From NCBI GenBank assembly GCA_964514965.1, contig CAZETV010000001.1:963063-995062 (forward strand): a DNA stretch of 32,000 nucleotides, in the 5' to 3' direction. The DNA comes from Candidatus Hadarchaeota archaeon (GTDB lineage Archaea; Hadarchaeota; Hadarchaeia; Hadarchaeales; Hadarchaeaceae). The translations under genes and the position numbers were made by a program. This document shows, piece by piece, positions 17,340 through 26,451 of the stretch (within the stretch, counting starts at the first letter, position 1; each line of letters opens with the position of its first letter). The notes under the pieces are model-generated. The model ran no database searches. It saw only the letters and a list, made by a program, of their open reading frames with translations, and was not told where the DNA came from.

Positions 17340-17558
17340 GTGCTCGCGTTCTTACTAAAGGATATTGACATCGTCTGTGATAGAGATAACGATGCCCTTT
17401 ACATCAGTTTTGGGAAGGTCCAAGAGGCAGACGATTCCGAGCTGACCGATAACGATGTGGTGGTCAGGTACAGAAAAGGCAGGATAATCGGCGTCACGGT
17501 GCTCGAGTTCTCCAAACGGCCTCTTGCCAGGATATGGGAAGGGCCAATGAGGACTTAA
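17340..17558 (+). CDS. DUF2283-family small protein, copy C
   Basis: IDIVCDRDNDALYISFGKVQEADDSELTDNDVVVRYRKGRIIGVTVLEFSKR; nearly identical DNA to copy B from 'gacatc' onward. Confidence 0.75.
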   Translation: MLAFLLKDIDIVCDRDNDALYISFGKVQEADDSELTDNDVVVRYRKGRIIGVTVLEFSKRPLARIWEGPMRT

Positions 17559-18198
17559 TGGCCCGCTTGAGTTCACGACTTATTCCGGGCGTTTGGAGAT
17601 TCACGTGAAAAAGCAGTACTGTTTAGTTATTTTTTGGGTTGTTTTCCGAAATTTCGATTTTGCCAGTCTGATGGATTTAGAAGTTCCAAAGTTGAAATAA
17701 TAGATGATTTTAAAATAGCGATGAGGAAATTGGGAAAATAATTTCAGTATTCTTAATTATGTGACGAAGCTACGAAAGACATGGATGAAGAACTACAGTG
17801 TTTCTATTAGATCAGTACTCTAGAAATCTAATGTTAACGTGTCATTGATATTTCCGTTGCCACGTTTAACAGTAGATTTGATGCTTCCGCTTTCCTTTTG
17901 ATTTAGTCTAGGTACAAATTCACTGTGTTGAATTGACTAAATAGGATAAGGCTGAAATAAGTTATTAATGCCCCGAAATGTCAGAAAGGAGCTTTTAATG
18001 GGCTTTTTTAATGTGAATCAATCACAAGCAGAAAAAGCGATTTTTATTTTTGCAATCCAAAAAAGAGTAAAATAATCTTTTATACAAAAATCATGCAATA
18101 TAAAGATTGTTTTTTTTGGTTTTTGGCCAAATAAATTACCTAATCTTTAATCTAAATTACTAAATTCTAGCATAATTTAAATATTAAATCTGTATACT

Positions 18199-18220
18199 AA
18201 CCAAAAGGTTTATAAAGGCT
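18199..18220 (+). promoter_or_regulatory. Archaeal BRE/TATA-like promoter for the transporter/HPr/YhfT genes
   Basis: aaccaaaaggtttataaaggct ~30-50 nt before the first small ORF. Confidence 0.5.
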
Positions 18221-18246
18221 AAAATTTCGTAAAATGTGGGGGTAAC

Positions 18247-18381
18247 GTGATACTACTCACAATAACAATCGGATTGGCAGTACTGTTTTCAATAGTTCTA
18301 CCGATTGTTTATATGTGGAAGTTTATTTCTGAAGTTAAGAAAGGGTACTATACAACAGAACGTCATGAAAGAGGGGAATAA
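18247..18381 (+). CDS. 44-aa single-TM mini-protein upstream of and overlapping the symporter gene
   Basis: Manual translation MILLTITIGLAVLFSIVLPIVYMWKFISEVKKGYYTTERHERGE*; GTG start, TAATG overlap with 18381. Confidence 0.6.
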   Translation: MILLTITIGLAVLFSIVLPIVYMWKFISEVKKGYYTTERHERGE

Positions 18382-19838
18382 TGGAAGAACTAATCTTTAT
18401 TGCTGTGAGTATTCTTTACATCATTGTAATGTTAGGTTTTACCGTCTGGATGCATAAGAGAAAGTTTGTAAGGAATTTAAACGATTTCTTGATTGCTGGA
18501 TGGGCAATTGGAGGATCATTAATCGGAATGAATATGCTAGCAGGTTGGACGAATGCTTTTACAATATTTGTTAACTCAGAATTATCAGCCGTTTTCACTT
18601 TTCCAAATTATATGATTTTACTTGTCGTTGGCATAATGGTGCCGATGTTGATGGGAATTTTTATAGCCAAACCATTAAAGAGAAAATTTGCTAAAGGGTA
18701 TGGGATAATTGATTTTCTAGACAAAAGATTTAATTCAGTGTCTCTCAGGTCTTGGGGTTACATTTGCTGTATAGTCCCCGCTTTCCTAATGATTTTCGCG
18801 AATCTTTTCATGTTAGGTGCTTATGGTACTGCTTTAACTGGGATACCTTTAGAGTACCTTGTGCTGATGTTTGCAATACTTGTCATAATTTATTGCACGA
18901 TAGGAGGGTGGTGGCATGTGCTTTTCACAGATTTCGTTCAATTCATGTTCACTTTCGTTGGTATCGCTATTTTCCTGATAGTTGTGTTATCACAGTTCGG
19001 TGGAATAGAAGGGATATATAACGGCATTATGCAAGTAAATCCTGGTTTCTTTGGTTTTGTGTCGTCTATTCCGTTCTGGAAACTTGTGGTTGTTCTTTTC
19101 CTCACTATACTAGCGGGTGTTTTCGCCGCTCAGTATATCTGGATGGGCTTCCAATCAGGAAAATCAGAAAAAGAAATGAACTTCGCATTTTCTTCATTCT
19201 TCTTCGGATATCTTCCTGTGGCAGCTTTGGGTTTCGTTTCAAGTTTAGTAGCAATATCGCAAAATATTGATGTGGTGGCTGCAACAGGTTACATTGGCGA
19301 TGCACCAATAGTAATTTTGCAATATCTTCCATTCTGGTTAACCGTATTAGTATGGTTGATCATTCTCCAGTTTGCTATTACTACACTTGACACCCAACTC
19401 GTTGCTTCTTCAAGTCTGACCGAGATAGGAGTCATCAGACCAATTGCCAAGCTTAGGGGAGTTAAGCTTTCTCCTGGAAGGGAAATGTCAATCTCAAGGA
19501 TAATCATTGTGGTGTTAGGTCTCCTTGCCACTTTCTTTGCGCTGAATAAAATAGGCTTCTTAGAATATTTGTTCATGTTAGGATTTTGGCAAGTTTCGAT
19601 TATGGGCATGAACGCGCTAGGTGCTTACTGGGACAAAGTTACAAAGTGGCCAGCTATCATAGGCACAACTGTAGGTACTTTGGTGGGCGCATATTACTTC
19701 TTCATTCTAAATGATGATTTTGTTGGCTTCACGTTGATGTTGATCATATCTCTCGTGCTCATGGTAATACTGTCATATGTACCGCCCTTTAACAAGAAGA
19801 AATTTGATTTCAAAACTATGCAAGAAGTAAAGAGATAA
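18381..19838 (+). CDS. Sodium:solute symporter (SSS) family transporter
   Basis: 485 aa, ~13 hydrophobic segments; SSS-like N-terminus (NDFLIAGWAIGGSLIGMNMLAGWTNA) and FAAQYIWMGFQSGKSEKEMN. Confidence 0.82.
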   Translation: MEELIFIAVSILYIIVMLGFTVWMHKRKFVRNLNDFLIAGWAIGGSLIGMNMLAGWTNAFTIFVNSELSAVFTFPNYMILLVVGIMVPMLMGIFIAKPLKRKFAKGYGIIDFLDKRFNSVSLRSWGYICCIVPAFLMIFANLFMLGAYGTALTGIPLEYLVLMFAILVIIYCTIGGWWHVLFTDFVQFMFTFVGIAIFLIVVLSQFGGIEGIYNGIMQVNPGFFGFVSSIPFWKLVVVLFLTILAGVFAAQYIWMGFQSGKSEKEMNFAFSSFFFGYLPVAALGFVSSLVAISQNIDVVAATGYIGDAPIVILQYLPFWLTVLVWLIILQFAITTLDTQLVASSSLTEIGVIRPIAKLRGVKLSPGREMSISRIIIVVLGLLATFFALNKIGFLEYLFMLGFWQVSIMGMNALGAYWDKVTKWPAIIGTTVGTLVGAYYFFILNDDFVGFTLMLIISLVLMVILSYVPPFNKKKFDFKTMQEVKR

Positions 19839-19934
19839 TCGGGCACATTCTAGCCTACCTTCCGGAAGCCTTAATCTAAAGGTTAGTGTTGTGGCAAGTG
19901 CGAGGAGTGGTAAATTTATTATTGGGGAAGGTAA

Positions 19935-20210
19935 ATGATTCAGGCCACGGTAACGCTTCTAAACAAGGCCGGACTGCACGCTAGACCGGCGGCTTTGTTT
20001 GTACAAACAGCCAGAAAGTTTAACGCACAGATTTTGGTTAAGAAGGATGAGAAAGAAGCTAACGCTAAAACCATTCTAGGAATTTTATCTCTGGGAGCTG
20101 AGAGTGGTAACGTAATCACAATTGAAGCAAATGGGGAAGATGCTGAGGAAGCTGTAAAAACTCTAGTCAACTTGGTTAATATGAAGTTAGGCGAGGATGA
20201 ATCTTCGTAA
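19935..20210 (+). CDS. ptsH: HPr-like phosphocarrier protein
   Basis: AGLHARPAALFVQTARKF active His motif; NAKTILGILSLGAESG. Confidence 0.92.
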   Translation: MIQATVTLLNKAGLHARPAALFVQTARKFNAQILVKKDEKEANAKTILGILSLGAESGNVITIEANGEDAEEAVKTLVNLVNMKLGEDESS

Positions 20211-20218
20211 ATGCGTGA

Positions 20219-21526
20219 TTGCACATGTTGATAAGACCCCCCTTCCTGTTCGAGTTAATATACATCGCGATATTCGCTGCGTGGGCGTGCTTGATGTCCC
20301 ACCAAAAGATATTATGCTATAACGATGGCACCAGATCTCTATACCCCGAATTTTACGAGGGACGAATGACATACACTCAATTTGCAGGCGTATTGTTCAG
20401 CATGAATATTATTTGGTTTCTCTTCGGTCTGCCTTTCGCGATGATGGTAGGGATGGTAAATTTTATGACATTGTTCATGATGAGCGACGTAATCGGGGTT
20501 CGTGCCCCCAACAAACTTTCCGCCCTGGTATTGGGGGGCGCTTGGGGTGTACTTCTTGTTTTAATTTTTCGCGGGCTTCTGACATACTCTGGGCAACTGC
20601 CGTTTAATTTTTTAATTCCTCTAAGTCTTGGTTTCGAAAAAATTTTGACTTTCTTTTCAGTACTTCCAATGGTAGCGGCGGTTTATCTATGGCGCTGGAA
20701 AATTGGGGGGATAAGCGTAATATTGGGTCTGATCTGCCAGGTAATGTTGCGATGGACAAATACGACACTTAATCCCGATATCACCACTTTGTATGTTACA
20801 TTGATTTTTCTGTTTGCAGTGGCGATTTACAAAGACTTGACAAAAAGGAAAAATGGAGAAACAACTCCCCCGCTGCAAGACTCGATTCTTGTAAAACGTT
20901 ATGCTAGAATTAGGAAAAATTGGAAATATGCTGCTATATCGGGTGCATTATTGGGCGCCGCAGTTAATCTTCTCATAATTCACTGGTGGCCCGCAGCTCC
21001 CCTTCTTGTCGAGGGGGACCGTTTTTTGGCCGCCCTCATGATTCTACCGATATGGATATGCTGGTGGTCAGCGGGGATAAATACTGGATTGACAGCTGGC
21101 ATGATGTCCCATCAAGCCCTTGGATTCACGATGGTGGCGGCATTATTGTTGCCGAGTTGGTCAGAAAATTTATTGGCGCCATTCGTTAGTGCGATTATTG
21201 GGGTTGCGGAGTTTTCCTTATTCGCACTGTTTATACCTAAATTGGCTAGAGGATTAGAAAGATTCGCTACAGTGAAAGAGGTAACTCTTGCTATGCAAAC
21301 CGTCTTGGGAGGAGCGATGGAAGTGGGTCTGACTTTTTTGGGACTTTATACTGCGTTTATTATGGCGAACACATTTGGTTTGTTTATAGTTGTTGCAGGA
21401 TACTTGACTAATGAGATACTCGGGAGGCCGATAACAAGAATGGCTGTGGCGCCCATTTCTTGCATAGCTCTTGGGGTATTGCTCAACGTGATCGCTGTGG
21501 CCGGACTAACCCTACCGGTTATCTAA
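20219..21526 (+). CDS. yhfT: YhfT-like multi-pass membrane protein (putative transporter)
   Basis: Polytopic; assigned from membrane architecture and position within a full set of yhf-like genes. Confidence 0.65.
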   Translation: MHMLIRPPFLFELIYIAIFAAWACLMSHQKILCYNDGTRSLYPEFYEGRMTYTQFAGVLFSMNIIWFLFGLPFAMMVGMVNFMTLFMMSDVIGVRAPNKLSALVLGGAWGVLLVLIFRGLLTYSGQLPFNFLIPLSLGFEKILTFFSVLPMVAAVYLWRWKIGGISVILGLICQVMLRWTNTTLNPDITTLYVTLIFLFAVAIYKDLTKRKNGETTPPLQDSILVKRYARIRKNWKYAAISGALLGAAVNLLIIHWWPAAPLLVEGDRFLAALMILPIWICWWSAGINTGLTAGMMSHQALGFTMVAALLLPSWSENLLAPFVSAIIGVAEFSLFALFIPKLARGLERFATVKEVTLAMQTVLGGAMEVGLTFLGLYTAFIMANTFGLFIVVAGYLTNEILGRPITRMAVAPISCIALGVLLNVIAVAGLTLPVI

Positions 21527-21791
21527 TTCTCGTTTCTAAAAACCCATTTAGATCAGGCAAGTAAATTTAAAGAATTTTCACGGAGAAAAATATCGCAGGT
21601 CTGTGGGTGCGGGGTTAAGGATTTATGTATAAAAAGTGATTTAACTAATCGAAGCAATAAAAATGGGGAAACTACGTGTTCCGCATAATCAGATATATAA
21701 AGGAATCAGAAATTTGTGAAAGAACAGTTGGCTCGGGTAAAGTTATCATAATGGAACATAGCGCTCAAGATTCGAGTCAACGAAAATCCTC

Positions 21792-22229
21792 ATGGTGAAT
21801 TCATTGTGTGAAGAAAAGGGCGATATTCCAAACAATATAAAAACTGAGGAGTTTACTTTAGAAAATCGATTGGAGCTATTGAGAAAGAGCGGTCAAATTA
21901 GTGAACAAGTGCTTGCAGAAACGAAGGAAGTTAAGCAGATTATTGAAGATAAATACAAAATTAAACTCACAGAGAAGAGAAGGCGAGACAGAATGTTTGT
22001 AACTCATGTGGCATTGGCATTGCAGAGGTTAATCAAGGGTAATGAAATTGAAAAAATTTCTCCGGATATTATCGCTGAAGTTAAAGGATACCCGGAAGAG
22101 TTTGGATTTGCCAAGGAAATTGCGGATAAGATTGAAAGGAAGTTGAACGTGAAAGTTCCTGAGAGCGAGTTAGCTTTTGTCGCGGCTTATTTGTGTATAT
22201 TTCATGGAAAGATTGAACAATTTAAGTAA
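21792..22229 (+). CDS. yhfY: PRD-domain protein (YhfY-like)
   Basis: PRD-like FVTHVALALQRLIKG...YPEEFGFAKEIADKIERKLNVKVPESELAFVAAYLCIFHG. Confidence 0.72.
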   Translation: MVNSLCEEKGDIPNNIKTEEFTLENRLELLRKSGQISEQVLAETKEVKQIIEDKYKIKLTEKRRRDRMFVTHVALALQRLIKGNEIEKISPDIIAEVKGYPEEFGFAKEIADKIERKLNVKVPESELAFVAAYLCIFHGKIEQFK

Positions 22230-22234
22230 CTGAT

Positions 22235-23971
22235 GTGGAAACTATGCGGGAAGTTAATGCTGGCCGCAACAGAGAGGTCATTTCGCTCAAATTCAGCGGT
22301 GCGCCTACATCTCTTGGCGTTAGTATCGGCAAGACAAAAGTCTATAAGCGAGAAAGTGGGGAGGAAAAAAAAGAGCCCGTAGAAAGCGACAAAGAACTGG
22401 GTAAAGTTAGGAAAGCTATCTCAAAGTCGATACATCAGATAACGCAACTAAGAGAGGAAACATTTAAAAAATTTGGAGAAAGTAAGGCAAGGATTTTTGA
22501 CGCGCACTTGTTAATCTTAGACGATCCATCCTTAAAATCAGGCGTAGAAAAAAGAATTATTGAGGGCGAAGCTGCAGAGGTCGCTGTCCGGGAGGTTATG
22601 AACGAGATACGCAAAAGTTTCAGCTCGATGAAAAGTGAATACATGCGAGAAAGGGTTGAAGACATTGAAGACATCAAAATGAGGATACTGGGGAATTTAA
22701 GGGGGGCTGCAGGCACTTTCTTGACTCTAGAGGATAAAAGAGTGATAGTGGCGAAGGAACTCTTCCCGTCTGACACCGTGATGCTAAAGGATAAGGCCCT
22801 GGCATTCGTCACGGAAAAAGGGGGAAAAACTTCTCATGTTTCTATTATCGCCAGAACTATGGATATCCCTTGCGTGGTTGGCATTGATGGCATCTCGGCA
22901 AAGGCAAATGATGGAGACACGATCATAGTTGATGGAAATGATGGTACAGTGATTATTCACCCCACGCAAGAAGAACTTGACGTTTATCAACAGAAAATAG
23001 AACAAAATCTAATCTATAGGCGAGAACTTGAAAAAGGAAAATACGAGCCAGCTGTGACTAGAGATAGTAGAAAAATTGAAGTCACTGCTAACGTTGGAAG
23101 GCTGGAAGAAGTACCCAATGCTTTAGAAAAAGGGGCAGATGGGATCGGCCTTCTTCGAACGGAATTTCTTTTCCTAAACAGAAAAGTTCCCCCCAGCGAA
23201 GATGAGATAATAGAAGTTTTCAGGGAGATTGGGAAGAAAATGGGAGAAAAGCCCGTTATAGTGAGGACTCTGGATGTGGGGGCAGACAAGCTGCTCCCGT
23301 ATATAAAAGTAACCAAGGAAAATAACCCCTTTTTAGGAGTACGGGGGATAAGGCTTTGTTTTAAATCTGCAAAAGAAATCTTTAAAGGTCAACTAAGAGC
23401 GATTATCAAGGCAAGGAAATACTGCAATATCAAAGTAATGTTTCCGATGATCAGCACAGTTGAAGAGGTTAAGTTCGCCAAAAAAATTTTCAAGGAAGTA
23501 GCAAAAGAATTAGGGGTTCCAGCTGAAGAGATGGGAAAAATTGAGCTTGGCATAATGATCGAAACACCATCAGCAGCCCTAATATCGGATTCGCTCGCCG
23601 AGGATGTGGATTTCTTTAGTATTGGGACAAATGACTTAACTCAATATACTCTGGCGGCAGATCGAACTAACGAAAATCTTTCAGAATTATATAATCATCT
23701 TCATCCATCTGTGATTATGTTAATGGATATGACAATTAGATCTGCTCATAAAAGAGGGAAATGGGTAGGAGTTTGTGGTGAAATTGCTGGAGATTTCGAT
23801 GCTATCCCTCTTTTGATAGGTTTAGGTGTGGAAGAACTCAGCGTTGCATTTTCCCGAATTCCCGAAGTCAAGAATATGATTAGAAAAATTTCCGTTAGTG
23901 AGGCAAAAGAATTAGCAAGAAATGTTTTAAAAGCTAGAACAATTTCAACAGTTAAAAATATACTAAAATAA
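22235..23971 (+). CDS. ptsI: PTS enzyme I (phosphoenolpyruvate-protein phosphotransferase)
   Basis: GVSIGKTKVY, GGKTSHVSIIARTMDIPCVVG (active His), GADGIGLLRTEFLFLNR, ENPFLGVRGIRLCF, GVCGEIAGDFDAIPLLIGLGVEELS. Confidence 0.95.
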   Translation: METMREVNAGRNREVISLKFSGAPTSLGVSIGKTKVYKRESGEEKKEPVESDKELGKVRKAISKSIHQITQLREETFKKFGESKARIFDAHLLILDDPSLKSGVEKRIIEGEAAEVAVREVMNEIRKSFSSMKSEYMRERVEDIEDIKMRILGNLRGAAGTFLTLEDKRVIVAKELFPSDTVMLKDKALAFVTEKGGKTSHVSIIARTMDIPCVVGIDGISAKANDGDTIIVDGNDGTVIIHPTQEELDVYQQKIEQNLIYRRELEKGKYEPAVTRDSRKIEVTANVGRLEEVPNALEKGADGIGLLRTEFLFLNRKVPPSEDEIIEVFREIGKKMGEKPVIVRTLDVGADKLLPYIKVTKENNPFLGVRGIRLCFKSAKEIFKGQLRAIIKARKYCNIKVMFPMISTVEEVKFAKKIFKEVAKELGVPAEEMGKIELGIMIETPSAALISDSLAEDVDFFSIGTNDLTQYTLAADRTNENLSELYNHLHPSVIMLMDMTIRSAHKRGKWVGVCGEIAGDFDAIPLLIGLGVEELSVAFSRIPEVKNMIRKISVSEAKELARNVLKARTISTVKNILK

Positions 23972-24189
23972 TAAAATTTCTTTAGTTTTAAGCCAGAAAG
24001 TGTTCTTAATGTCCCATTTTCATCACTCGAATTTAATGGGCTCGACAGTTTTGAAAGAACAGCTAATCCATGCATTAGTCCATCCGAGATCGACTCTACT
24101 TGCTTCACTTCTAAAATTATTTGAGAAGTTTTTTAAGGCCCAAGGTAAAACTATTCCAATGAAAAATTAATGTATCCAGGGGTAACCTC

Positions 24190-25134
24190 ATGAAAAAAGT
24201 GCGAACTGTTTTAGGTTCTATCTCTCCTGAGACCTTAGGAATTACATCAATGCATGAGCATGTGATACTGCATAGGCCATGGTACGCGGATTCTGATGCT
24301 AATTTAGACGAGGTTAATGTCATGACCGACGAACTGATGTACTTTAAGAAGGCTGGTGGAAGTTCTCTCATAGAAAGTAGCACACCATTAAATTGGTCAT
24401 CAAAAAAACTTGGACAAGACCTGAATGATTTGGAAAATATATCTAAAAAATCTGGAATTAATATTATTCTTTCTACTGGATTTTATATTGAACCACTCAT
24501 TAACCCAATCGTGTATAAACTAGATGACGATGAGTTAGTCGAAAAAATAACTAAAGATATAAGTGAAGGTATAGAAGGAACTGGAGTCAAAGCGGGGGCC
24601 ATTAAGGTCGCCACAAGTTGGGGCCAGATAGCAAAAGTTGAAGAAAAGGTTTTGCGGGTTGCGGCGAGAGCGAGTCTAAATACAGGGGCACCAATTTTTT
24701 TACATACTAGCGTTGCAACAATGGGTATGGAAATTTTAGACATTCTGGAGAGTGAGGGAGTGGACCTTGCTCGAGTGGCTGTGGGTCATTTAGACGACAC
24801 TGCACGCATAGCTGAGAATTTTAATTCGGAGCTGGAATATCATGCGGCCATCGCTAAAAGAGGGGCATACGTCCAATATGACTCCGTTCATAAAACGAGA
24901 ACGATCCCTGATGCTCTGAGAGTTAATTTGATTGTAAACATGATTGAAAAAGGCTATGTAAAGCAAATAACATTGGGGCAAGATATTTCGAGGAAAAAAT
25001 ACTTGAAAACACATGGCGGGTATGGGTATTCTTCTCTATTGGAAGAGTTTGTTCCAGAATTATTGAATAATGGTCTTAAAGAAGAAGTCAATACAATTTT
25101 GGTTGAAAATCCGAAGAGGTTATTATCCTTTTAG
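24190..25134 (+). CDS. php: Phosphotriesterase-homology protein (Php/YhfV-like amidohydrolase)
   Basis: TSMHEHVILHRPWYA (HxH), VKAGAIKVATSWG (bridging Lys region), APIFLHTS, VAVGHLDDT, ITLGQDIS metal-ligand pattern. Confidence 0.85.
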   Translation: MKKVRTVLGSISPETLGITSMHEHVILHRPWYADSDANLDEVNVMTDELMYFKKAGGSSLIESSTPLNWSSKKLGQDLNDLENISKKSGINIILSTGFYIEPLINPIVYKLDDDELVEKITKDISEGIEGTGVKAGAIKVATSWGQIAKVEEKVLRVAARASLNTGAPIFLHTSVATMGMEILDILESEGVDLARVAVGHLDDTARIAENFNSELEYHAAIAKRGAYVQYDSVHKTRTIPDALRVNLIVNMIEKGYVKQITLGQDISRKKYLKTHGGYGYSSLLEEFVPELLNNGLKEEVNTILVENPKRLLSF

Positions 25135-25224
25135 CTTTAACACTCTCGCTCTTTATGCATAGAGACGAATTGCTTGGCAAGCTTTAGTTGCATTGATATT
25201 CCCTAACTAAATCATAAATTATAA

Positions 25225-26436
25225 TTAAAAATTGAATATTTCATTATAGAAACTTGCGCCGGACTCAGGGCGTTCCACGTTGAATACTTCAGCTATTGTA
25301 GCAGGTATGTCGGCCAAAGTTTTTCTGACCCCTAAGTTTACACCTATTTTTATATTTTCACCAGTTATCAAAAGAGGGGTATACTCCCTAGTGTGCCATT
25401 TATGCTTTGTGGGGTCATTGCCGTGGTCTGCCGTTATTATAAAAATATCTTGACTTTTCAAACGCTCTAATATTTTTCCAATACCCTTATCAACAATTTT
25501 CAACTTTTCAGCATATTTAAATGGGTCTTGTTCATGCCCCGCCAAATCGGTTTCTTGCACTGTTGCAGCGATAAATGTACTCTTATTTGATTTCATTTGC
25601 GCCAAGACAGAATTTAACACTTCATCTGTAGGGACTGCTGGTATTCTAATCGCAGTATCGCATTGTATCAAATCTTGTACTTTGCCTATCAATACGACAT
25701 TCACTCCATGCCTCCCGAGTATTGTTGGGATCTGTTTTTTTGAATCTATGCCGTAACCCATATGTCGGCACATGTAGTTCTCGTTATAAACTTCTAAAGC
25801 TGGGGTATCAACTCCAATTTTTCCACCGATTCCCTTTTTGACATTTTTTAAAATATCTCCCAAATCATAGCCTTTTGATCCAAATGCTATTACTCTAGCC
25901 ACTTTTACAGTCTCCCTAACTAATTTTTCAATTTTCATGACCTCATCAAAAGAAATATAGTCCAACGAGGCTGTCATATTGAAAACACTTCGATCAGGAT
26001 TAGTCTCAATATTATCTGCGATAACAACAGCTTCATTTACGGCCAAAATTGGTATTTTTGGGAGGGGGACCGTAACTTTATATCCTTCTTTTTCCAGTGC
26101 CTTTCTCACTTTTTTTAAATCTGTTCTGAATAGGTGTTTAATGGGGCGTTTTGGCTTAGTGCCCATTATTTCATTATGCCCATCAAATGTGTCGGCTCCG
26201 AAGTGCTTTAACATACATTTTCCAAAGCTGGCGATAGCGTTCTCGCCTACAGCGTTCATCCCGGGAATTTCATCTATATTCCCCATCCCCATTTTTTCAA
26301 AATTTCGAAGCTTCAAGCTTTTAACTTCTTTAGCTATGCTTCTTAGCGTGTTGGCACCTCTATCTCTCTTTGGTGCGTCTGGCATCTCGCCTACGCCAAG
26401 ACCATCGATAATTAGTAGAATCACTTTATTTCTCAT
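25225..26436 (-). CDS. yhfW: YhfW-like phosphopentomutase/alkaline phosphatase superfamily enzyme
   Basis: KVILLIIDGLGVGEMPDAPKRDRGANTLRS ... IFIITADHGNDPTKHKWHTREYTPLLITG. ATG at 26436 with GGTGG SD preferred over 26448. Confidence 0.82.
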   Translation of the reverse strand: MRNKVILLIIDGLGVGEMPDAPKRDRGANTLRSIAKEVKSLKLRNFEKMGMGNIDEIPGMNAVGENAIASFGKCMLKHFGADTFDGHNEIMGTKPKRPIKHLFRTDLKKVRKALEKEGYKVTVPLPKIPILAVNEAVVIADNIETNPDRSVFNMTASLDYISFDEVMKIEKLVRETVKVARVIAFGSKGYDLGDILKNVKKGIGGKIGVDTPALEVYNENYMCRHMGYGIDSKKQIPTILGRHGVNVVLIGKVQDLIQCDTAIRIPAVPTDEVLNSVLAQMKSNKSTFIAATVQETDLAGHEQDPFKYAEKLKIVDKGIGKILERLKSQDIFIITADHGNDPTKHKWHTREYTPLLITGENIKIGVNLGVRKTLADIPATIAEVFNVERPESGASFYNEIFNF

Positions 26437-26451
26437 AATTTCCACCAAAAG

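Noticed and set aside
20219-21526. Considered as a PTS EIIC sugar permease because of HPr and enzyme I nearby
   Set aside because: No EIIC-like signature seen; the surrounding full yhf-type set favours YhfT. A profile search is needed to settle this.
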